64,000 bases of DNA from Mobula birostris (lineage: Eukaryota), in contig NC_092375.1 in NCBI RefSeq assembly GCF_030028105.1, positions 44,491,130 through 44,555,129 on the forward strand. Reading direction: 5' to 3'. A model generated the notes under the pieces. The model was not told the DNA's origin. It made no database searches and saw only the letters and a list, made by a program, of their open reading frames with translations. Every line of letters starts with the position of its first letter. Positions within the stretch are counted from its first letter, which is position 1. The translations under genes were made by a program, and so were the position numbers. Positions 54,995 to 64,000 of this stretch are shown here, in pieces.

Positions 54995-56112
54995 ATTACT
55001 GGATCTGTTACAGCCCAGTCCATCACTGGTAAAGCCCTCCCCACTGTTGAGCACATCTACACAAAAGGTTGTCACAGGAAAGCACCCCTACCATCCAGGA
55101 GTAGGAGAGCCTCAGGACCTATATCGCCAGGTTGAGGAACAGTTATTACCCCTCAACCCTCAGGCTCTTGAACCAGAGGGGATAACTTCAATCAACTTCA
55201 TTTCATCCCATAGTGGAACTGTTCCTAAAACCCATGGACTCACTTTCAAGGACTCTTCAACCCATGTTCTCCACAGGTATTGCTTACTTATTATTTTTTT
55301 CTTTTTGTATTTGCAGTTTGTTGTCTTTTGCACAGGGGTTGTTTGTCTTGTTGTGTGTGCTTTTTCATTGGTTCTATTCTTCTTCTTCCTCATGTGCTTT
55401 GCACGTTACACGCTTGGGAGATCATGGCTCTCCACACCGAACGATCCCTCTCAGTGTCAATGACATCTCACACACTTAGATCTGTTAGCTCTTTCACAGT
55501 GTCCATATATTTTCTTCTTTGCCTTCCTCTTCCGCATTTCCCAGGCATATGGCCTTGTAATGTAAGGCATTCCATTTCTCCCTTTCCGATGACATGGCCC
55601 AGGAATTTAAGTTTCCTCTCATTTAATGTTCTCATTAAAGATCTCTTTGTATGGGCACGTTGGAGTACTGTCTCATTAGTTACCCTATCTCTACATGATA
55701 TTTTCAGCATTCTTCTAAGAGACCACATTTCTGTTGCTTCTAAGTTTCTTTGGAGTTCTGGTGTTATAGTCCATGTTTCAGAAGCATACAGCAAGATTGA
55801 CCAGATGTAACATTTTAGTAGCCTAAGCCTTGTTGTCATAGAAATGTGTCTGTTGGTAAAAATGGGTTTCATTCTTTGGAAGTTGGTTTTGGCAATGGCA
55901 ATTCTTCTTTTTATTTCTACTTTACTTCTAGCATCTTGTGATATAAAGCTACCAAGGTAATTAAAGCTGGTCTTTTGTTCAATCTCTTAGTTACCGATGT
56001 ACAATTGGTTCTATTATGGCATATTAAATCTACTGTGAACACCAGCAAAAAAATAAATGTCAGGGTAGTATATGGTGAGATATACTTTCTTGATAAGAAA
56101 TTTACTTTGAAC
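54995..56112 (+). mobile_element. Rex1-type 3' fragment interrupted by an RTE insertion
   Basis: LPTVEHIYTKGCHRKA-like segment and 3' UTR ending aaatttactttgaac. Confidence 0.7.
55379..56003 (-). mobile_element. RTE (BovB-like) LINE 3' fragment with TSD
   Basis: ORF 55468-55872 reads LLKCYIWSILLYASETWT..EMWSLRRML.I..G...GK.GRGRQR. (GAA)n tail. TSD ATTGGTTCTATT at 55367-55378 and 56004-56015. Confidence 0.9.
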
Positions 56113-56136
56113 GGTTAGATGCAGTGGAGGCTACAT

Positions 56137-56310
56137 ATTAGATAGATAGATAGATAGATAGACATACTTTAGTGATCCCAAGGGAAATTGGGTTTCGTTA
56201 CAGCCACTCCAACCAAGAATAGAGCATAAATATAGCAATACAAAAACCACAAACAATCGAACAACAATGTGCAAACTATGCCAGGTGGAAATAAGTCCAG
56301 GACCAGCCTA
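56137..56310 (-). mobile_element. Rex1 3' end with (TATC)n tail
   Basis: ggctggtcctggacttattt matches the 3' UTR of the 49258-50381 copy; GATA run at ~56140-56161. Confidence 0.7.
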
Positions 56311-57221
56311 ATGTGGCGTACACAACGGTGAGGAGTGTTCCGATGTCCTGGACAGTCTAACCATACATCACCTTTGATGTACCAGACTACCATATTACTT
56401 CAGGTAATCTTTAGCTACCCTGGACACCCACCTGAAAAGGGCTCCCAGGATCTCGCTATAACAATTATATCACCTCAAGCAAAATTTGAGTGCAGGCACA
56501 GCTTTGCAGTGTAAAGCCATGTACTTAATGTAGAACATTTGAATGGAATTTGAAAGGAAAGATAAACACAAGGGTGTGCATGAGAAAGGGCTAGACACAA
56601 GGAGCCCCAGCACAGATTTTATCATACGTCACACCCAGCAACAATGCAGCTGTTGGAAATGGTCAGTTTTGGGAAGATTTAAGGTGAGTGGGATACAAAG
56701 TTATCAATTAAGAGGGAAAGTAACAAATTAAAGGAAATCACTTATAGGAGATCGAAACTAGAACATTAATGGATGGAACACACACAAAATCCTGCCTGAC
56801 CTTCTGAATCCCTCCAGCATTTTATGTGTGTTGCTCAGATTTCTAGCATCTGCAGATTTTCTCTTGTTTGTGATTAGATTAATGGATGCCTTAGACTCCC
56901 CAGCAGCAGCTCAGGCAAGGTCAGGTCCCCTTCAACTGCATACACCCTCAGCCCTTCTTCTCAGGCCTGAGGATTTAGATTGCATATGTGTAGGAATATT
57001 CCATGCAAACAGGGCATATATTAAAGCCTGCTGTTCAATGTCTTTGTGCTGTATTGGTGATTGCTGTGTATGTACAAAATGTGCACAGAGAATCTGGGTC
57101 TAATTTAAACTGGCTCCAAATTTTATAAAATTCTGTTGCACAGCAAGTATGGGTGACTCCAACATTACAGGATGGGGAGGGAGTTTCCGTTTTTAGAAAA
57201 TAGACTAATAGCGATTTTCTA

Positions 57222-57772
57222 TGTAACGCGCCATAATGTTTCATACTAATGTAATGGTTTCTCTATAGCTGCAGTGTTTGCGTTATGGCTAGAGATAACG
57301 GGGACTTCGGAATGTGCACTGGCCAATGAAGGGGAGATGTTTCTCTTGTGTGTCCGAGCGAAGGTTTGCGGTCTTTCGTTCGGCAGAAGATGGAGAGAGA
57401 AGATGCAGAACCGGGAAGTCATAGTCTGCAAGACGGAGTGGACGTGGAATGGGGTCGGGAGTCGGTGCCCGAGGGGAAAATTGATGGAGGAGCAACAGAC
57501 GGGAAAACCATGAGCGCCAACATTGTGCATTAGACTGTTTCATGAGAATGGGCTGTTTTTCTTTTTTGCTTCTTTACTAACCCTATAGTCAAATTAAGAA
57601 TTACAAAGCTCAATCATTTAATTGCATATTGTGTGCTGTTTGTTATTTTGTGGTACTGATTTGTAACAGGGGACACATCACACAGCATCCACCCAAACAG
57701 ATTGCTCAAGTTTGGCTGGGCCGGAGGCCGTCTTCCCCTAGATTAAGCCGCTACCCGAACCTGAGGGTTATA
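57222..57772 (+). mobile_element. Solo LTR (551 bp), probably Gypsy-type
   Basis: TGTAAC..GTTA(T)A termini; 4-bp TSD TCTA at 57218-57221 and 57773-57776; CCAAT motif near 57322. Strand tentative. Confidence 0.72.
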
Positions 57773-58083
57773 TCTATAATTCAAGCACCTCTGCATGCAT
57801 CAAGCAATGGGAGTTGGAAAAAAAATGATTATTTGTTTATTCATTCTTCACAAATTTTTTGGCAGCCAATTTATTCCACATCTAAAACTTGTGGTAGTGA
57901 TTTGCAAATTCTATAGGACAGACTTCCATTATCTGAATAGCTGTAGTACAGGGCTTGGTTGCTGACAAACAAGAGAGGCCATGGGGTATTAATGCTCATG
58001 AAACACATACTTTATCTGGAACAACACACACAAAAAATGCTGGTGAACGCAGCAGGCCAGGCAGCATCTATAGGAAGAGGTAC

Positions 58084-58119
58084 AGTCGACGTTTCGGGCC
58101 GAGACCCTTCGTCAGGAGG
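58084..58119 (-). ncRNA. Minimal hammerhead motif in a solitary PLE terminal repeat (58020-58120): intact core, weakened helix I
   Basis: CCUC-CUGACGA-A-GGG(UCUCGG)CCC-GAAA-CG-UC^GACU. Confidence 0.65.
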
Positions 58120-58889
58120 CTGATTTACCATCGTCGCATTACATTTAACTCTTTGTTTCCTTCCACCATACAAGCTGGAACTGCAAAGATGTCTGCTTAG
58201 CTGTCTGAGTTTCTAGTGCAGCCTGTTCCATGTCGTGGAATGACTTGGAAGCAGCTTACATTATTAGTACCACTGTAAATCTGAGGCTAATGATGCACAG
58301 ACAAACTTCTTAAGGAGGAGTCTGTGTGATGCTGAATGTATTTTTATAGCATCATTTGCGGTAAGGGAAACATCACAGCATTGTTTTGGATCTTTATACT
58401 TTTCCACATCAGAGATGCATATCCCTGGAATCTGGCCCCAGATGTAACACATTATTCTGACCCTTGTAATGCAAATTGCTATTGCAGCCAACTGCCTTAA
58501 ATTATGCATCACGTCTGGGATTAATTCTAAAAAAGCCACTGCCCATAAAATCAACTTTATTGAAGTTTCAGTACAGGAAAAATAAATAAGCAGAAACACA
58601 TTTTAATAAGCTTGATGCACTGTATACATCTACAGAGCTAATGGGAAATTCTGTCACTTTTTAAATATACGGGCCAAGTAAAATTATGTAATATCCTCAA
58701 GTACAGAATACTCCAAACTTGTATTCCAATGTGCTTCAAAGTATGTGAAATCATTGTTATAGCATTGTTGCTAAAATTCGTTGCTTTGGCAATGAGATGG
58801 TTCTACATTAGAAGTTTGATATGCATGCATCACATAAAGAAATGATACTGGCTATCACAGTAAAGCCAAAAGTGAGAGAGGAGCTGGCC

Positions 58890-61005
58890 AAAATTGATTA
58901 GAAGGGGCACTAGCAGAGATAAGGGCAGAGCAGCAATGGCTGGAGTTTCTGGGAGGAATTCAGAAGATGCATGATAGATACATCCCAAAGAAGAACTAGT
59001 ATTCGAAAGTCAGGATGACGCAACTGCGGCTGACGAGAGAAGTTGAAGCTACATAAAAGTGAAAAAGTTTACATATTATAGACAAAAATTAGTGGGAAGT
59101 TAGATGATTGGGAAACTTTTAAAAACCAACAGAAGGCAACTAAAAAGTCATGGGGGGAAAGATGAAATATTGCTGACCAACAATATCTAAGAGGATACCA
59201 GAAGATTTTTCAGATAAATAAAGTACAAGAGAGGCAAGAGTAGATATTGGATAGCTGGAAAATAACAGTGGAGAGGAAGTAATGGAGATGCCGGATGAAC
59301 TGAAAAAGTATTTTGCACCAGTCTTCATTGTGGAGGACTCCAGCAGTATGCTGGAATTCTGAGTGTGTCAGTGGGCAAAAGCCAGTGCAGTAGCTATTGC
59401 TAGAGAAAAGGTGCTTAGGAAATTGAAAGGTCTGAAGGTAGGTAAGTCACCTGGATTAGATTGATGGCACCCCAGGGTTCTGAAGGAAGCTGAAGAGACT
59501 ATGGAAGTATTAGTAATGATCTTTCAAGAATCACTAGATTCTGGAATGGTTCCGGAGGATTGGAAAATTGCACATGTCACCTCACTCCTCAAGAAGGGAA
59601 GGAGGCAGATGAAAGGAAATTATAGGCCAGTTAGCCTGGCTTCAGCAGTTGGGAAGATGTTGGAGTCAATTGTTAAGGATGTGGTTTTGCGGTACTTGGA
59701 AGCACATGGTAAAATAGGCCAAGGTCAGCATGGTTTCCTTAAGGGAAAGTCTTGCCTGATAAATCTGTTAGAATTCTTTGAGGAAATAACAAGCAGAATA
59801 GACAAAGGAGAATCGGTGCATGTTCTGTACTTGGATTTTCAGAAGGCCTTTGACAAGTTGCTGGACATGAGGCTGCTTAACAAACTTAGAATCCTGGTAT
59901 TGCTGGGAAGTTACTAGAATGGATAAATCAGTGCCTGATTGGCAGGAGGCAAAGTGGGAATAGAGAGCGTCTTTTCTGACTGACTGCTGGTGACTTGCGG
60001 TGCTCCACAGGGGTCAGTTTTGGGCTAATTTCTTTCTTTGTGGTATGCCCATGATTTGAATGACGAAATTGATGGCTTTGTGGCCAATATGGTGGAGGTG
60101 CAGGTAGTGTCGAGGAAGCAGGGAGGCTGTAGAAAGATCTGGACGAATTAGGAGAATGGTCAAAGTGGCAGACGGAATACAACGTCAGGAATTGCATGGT
60201 CATGCATTTTGATAGAAGCAATAAAAGTATAGACTATTTTCCAAATGGGGAGAAAATTCAAAAAAAAAATCAGGAGGTGAAAAGGGTCTCGGGAGTCTTC
60301 ATGCAGTGTTTCCTAAAGGTTAATTTGTAAGCTGAATCAGTAATGAGGAAGGCAAATGTAATTTCAGCATTCATTTCAAGAAGACTAGAACATAAAAGGA
60401 AGGATGTAATGTTGAGGCTTTTTACGGCACTGGTGAGGCCTCACTTGGAGCATTGTGAGCAGTTTTGGGCCCCTTATTTAAAAAAGGGATGTACTGACAT
60501 TGAAATGGGTTCAGAGGAGGTCCATGAGAATGATGCTGGGAATGAAAGTCTTACCGTATTAGGAAGGATTGATTGATCCGGGCCTTTACTCGCTAGAATT
60601 TGGAAGAATGAGAGAGGATCTCATTGAAACATATCAAATGTTGAAAGGCCGAGATAGAGTGGATATGGAGAAAATGTTTCCACTGTTGGGGAGTCTAGGA
60701 CCAGAGGGCTCAGCCTCAGAATAGAGGGACCTCCATTTAGAACAGAGATGAGGAGGAATTTCCTGAGCCAGGCTTTGCTGAATTTGCGGAATTCCTTACC
60801 GCAGGCAGCTGTAGAGGCCAAATCACTGGATGTTTTTAAGGCAGAGGTTGATAAAGTTCTTGATTAGTCAAGGCATGAAAGTTATGGGGAGAAGGCAGGA
60901 GAATGCATTTGAGGGGGAAATAAATCAATGTTTTGATGAAATGGCAGAACAGACTCGATGGGCCAAATAGCCTAATTCTGCTCCTAAGGCTCATTATGGT
61001 CTTAT
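58890..61005 (+). mobile_element. CR1 ORF2 remnant to 3' tail
   Basis: ORF 59501-59917 (NYRPVSL, GKSCLINLLEFFEEIT, YLDFQKAFDK) and ORF 60343-60576; tail cattatggtcttatt. Confidence 0.9.
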
Positions 61006-61019
61006 TAAAAGTCACCTAC

Positions 61020-61397
61020 CTGTCAGATTCCCCTTGGCATTGTAGGACCCCCAGTATGTGGATTCTGTGTTTGGGGTGTGACATTCATATTCCCCTGCAT
61101 CTCCCAGTTGCAGCTTGGTAATGTGCAATAGGGCCGAATCTCGGTCAATTCTCTCAACGTAGACCTCCTTATTCCGCACTCTGTTTGCGTACACTGCATA
61201 GGAGTAGTTTGGATCATTGGTGCTGACCATCTGGATTTGTCGCTCTGGTGCCGAAGGCAGATAGATTGACCACTCAAAGTTCTGTTGCGTGGATCCCGAG
61301 TACCCAGACACATTACACCAGATGGTTGCATGGTACCCCTCCACTCTGATCAGGGGGCCTTGCTGTACCTCAACTCGCCTCTGAGCAGAGGACACGC
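61020..61397 (-). CDS. IGSF3: IGSF3 exon encoding the signal-peptide end and Ig V-set domain 1
   Basis: Acceptor ccttttgcag|GC GTG and donor ACA G|gtagg; 378 bp, phase 1/1. Encodes VSSAQRRVEVQQGPLIRVEG..IWCNVSGY..NFEWSIYLPSAPER..DAGEYECHTP, closest to recalled IGSF3 rather than CD101 or IGSF8. Sequons NVS, NYS and NLT. Confidence 0.92.
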
Positions 61398-61433
61398 CTG
61401 CAAAAGGGAATGGATATAAAAACATGGTTAGAA
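61398..61433 (-). promoter_or_regulatory. Branch point and 3' splice site
   Basis: Minus strand TTCTAAC (61433-61427) lies ~30 nt upstream of the AG, followed by a pyrimidine-rich tract. Confidence 0.7.
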
Positions 61434-61459
61434 GACAGAATATTTCTGGAGAACCTACT

Positions 61460-64000
61460 GGCTGTTGATGGAGTAGCAGCGTTTTTATAATTGCTCCTAC
61501 TCTACTTAATTTACTGTTTCCAACCTGTTTTGAAAACTTACTTTTAAACGCAATATTGTCTTACAATGAGTCGCGCCAAAGCTACTAAAAAAGAAGAGGA
61601 CCCTCCCGTAACTTTGGAATCTATTTTGGAGACACTTTGGAAGCATAAAAATGAACTTTCGGAGGAGTTCCAGCAGGAATTCCGGCAACTCAGCGCTAAA
61701 TTTAAACGAATGGATGTAAAATTGGATTCTATTCAAAGAACTTTAAGTGAACACGATAAACAGATAGAAGAGAATGAAGACACTTTGACAATCTTGGGTG
61801 CGAAGACTGATGACCTGGAAATGATCTGTGATAAACAGTCAAAGGTTAATGATACATTAAGACAGAAGATTATTGACTTAGAAAATAGAAGAAGAAATAA
61901 CTTAAATATTCTGGGTTTTAAAGAGTTAATGGAAGGTAATCAGCCTTCGGAATTTTTTGCAAACCTTTTGGCTAAATTATTTCTGAATATTTTAAAATCT
62001 CCACCGAAAATAGACCGAACTCATAGATCGCCAGTATCAAGACCCCTTTCAGGAGAACAACCCCGTTCAGTAATAATTTTTCTTCATGACTTTCAAACTA
62101 AGGAACTTTTAATTCGTGAATCTTGTTGGAAAATTATGAAGGCCAGAAGATCAGAATTGTGGAGGATTTTTCACTTGAGGTGTTGAATGAATGTTTCAAG
62201 TTTAAAAAAATGATGTCAGAGTGGTATAATAAAAGGTTTTAAACCCTCTCTTCGTTACCCCGCTCGTCTTAGAATCATTTTGAAAAATGGCTCTCAGAAA
62301 TGGTTCCGTTCGACTCAAGAGGTGCAGGATTTCTTAATTTCCGAATCAGTATCAGAAGTTTAATTGTTCAATAATACCTTACATAACTCTATGTTGTGTC
62401 TGCCTGGTGGATCTTTTTTAAAGAATCAGCAGTCTAACTGTTCATTACTTTCTTTTATGAACAATTGTATTTTTCTCACTTTTGGTATACCTTCGTACCT
62501 AATTTTTTTTTGTACTTTTATTTCTTTGCTCAGAAAATTAAGGATTTAACATTAGTAAATTTTCATTGAGTTAATACTTTCCAAATTAATATGTTCTGAT
62601 TTTTCTTAGTTCTTTTTAATATTTTATACTATATTTTTTCATGAGGTTTTTTTTTAGTAAGTTTAATTTTGCTCTGTTTTTTGTTATGTCTTGTTGGAAT
62701 GCAGTTAGCCTTGGAAATTTTTTGGAGCTCAGCCAGTAAATTGTTTTGGGTGGGTAATGTTGGTAGGTTCAGCTGTTGACTGCCCTTTGGTCCACTTTAT
62801 TTCTTTGGGTTGGGGGTGGGGGTGTTTTTTTCTTTTCTATCAGCTGTTGGTTCTCTTAGCTTCATTTGTTGCTTGGTTACTTTATCTTAAAGCTCATTGT
62901 TTGGATTTAATATACATTTCACCAGTTTTTATTCTAACCTCTCTCTTAAGCAATATTTAAAATGGACCATACTATTAATTTACTTAGATTTAATGTGAAA
63001 AGATTAAACCATCCTGTGAAACATAATAAGATATTTTATTAAGAAACTGAATGTCTCAATTTTTTTTTACAAAAAACACATGTTCGTAAATGTGATAATT
63101 TGCGTTTTTTCAGCCGTTGGAAGGATTTATTGTTTCATTCCTTCTTTCAGGCCAAGGCTAGAGGAGTTTTGATTCTTATAGACAATTCAGTTTCTTTTGT
63201 TCAACATAATGCAGTGTCTGATAACAATGGGTGTTTTGTTATAGTGTCAGGGAAATTAGATAACAAATTAATGGTTTTTACTAATTTATATACCCCAAAT
63301 ATAGATGATTCAGGTTTTTTTGAATGCTTTTTCTCGCTTTTATGGGATGCTTTTAAGGCTTATATTAGAGGACAAGTTATTTCTTTTACCGCAAGTGTTA
63401 AGAAAAAAGCTGATAAGGAGAGAATTGAAAAAATTAGGCCAAAAATAGCCTTTGGCTCCAGATCCTGCTTTATATAAAAGACATGTTGAAATTAAAACTA
63501 AATATGATCTGCTTTTAACTTATCCAATTGAAACTCAACTTTTAAAAGATAAAAGTCAGTTTTATGTTTATGGAGATAAAATGGGTAAACTATTGGCTAA
63601 CCAACTGAAGACATTTATAGTTAAACGCCAAATTAAAGAAATTTGTAAAGCTAAATAAAACATCTGATCATTTAGAAATAAATGATACTTTTAAAGAATT
63701 CTATTCTAAACTCTCTAGTTCTGATCCTCCTAAAGATAATATTGTAATGAATAATTTCTTAGATTGATTAAACAATCCTCCACTTTCTGAGGATAATCGA
63801 AAATTGTTGGATCAACCCATTTCTTATGCAGAAATTGCCGAGGTTGTTCACTCTTTGCACTTGGGGAAGGCTTCGGGTTCTGATGGATTTTCTGGAGAGT
63901 TTTATAAGGCTTTTTCCTCCTTGCTTATACCTCACTTATATTTAGTCCTTTCGGATTCTTTTAAATTAGGTAAGTTGCCACAACCTTTTTATGAAGCTTC
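61460..64000 (+). mobile_element. L1-clade LINE 5' part: ORF1 (61566-62363, frameshifted), T-rich spacer, decayed ORF2 from 62962
   Basis: ORF1 has a coiled coil, DLENRRRNNL.I.G, IDRTHR, PRSVI..F and YPARLRI. ORF2 shows FNV..LN.P.K, LQKTH, ARGVLIL, NLYTPN, LWDAFKAYIRG and KASGSDGF..EFYK. Confidence 0.9.

Overview
Vertebrate genomic DNA, inferred to be from a cartilaginous fish (probably a ray) from its repeat families. The only host gene is on the minus strand. It has two phase-1/phase-1 Ig V-set exons (61020-61397, 378 bp; 7784-8191, 408 bp) that splice in frame into an EWI-family protein best matching IGSF3. A ~52.8-kb intron separates them, and the signal-peptide exon and later exons lie outside the window. 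Most remaining sequence is nested transposable elements: CR1, Rex1/Babar, RTE, I/Nimb-type (RNase H) and L1 LINEs, Penelope-like elements (PLEs), tRNA-derived SINEs, two solo LTRs and two Tc1 transposons. Nearly all other ORFs in the track are TE remnants, their antisense shadows or low-complexity repeats. The strongest leads are as follows. (1) Nine PLE-derived minimal hammerhead-ribozyme motifs, three with intact cores; two of those lie 4.1 kb apart in the sense strand of the pre-mRNA and could form a double hammerhead. (2) A Sleeping Beauty-like Tc1, a horizontal-transfer candidate, rebuilt with two right ends. (3) A 19-bp minisatellite that arose inside a PLE reverse-transcriptase ORF. (4) A young, frame-intact I/Nimb LINE 3' half. 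No new protein-coding system is supported. Family names and similarities come from recalled motifs, not database searches, and many TE boundaries are approximate.
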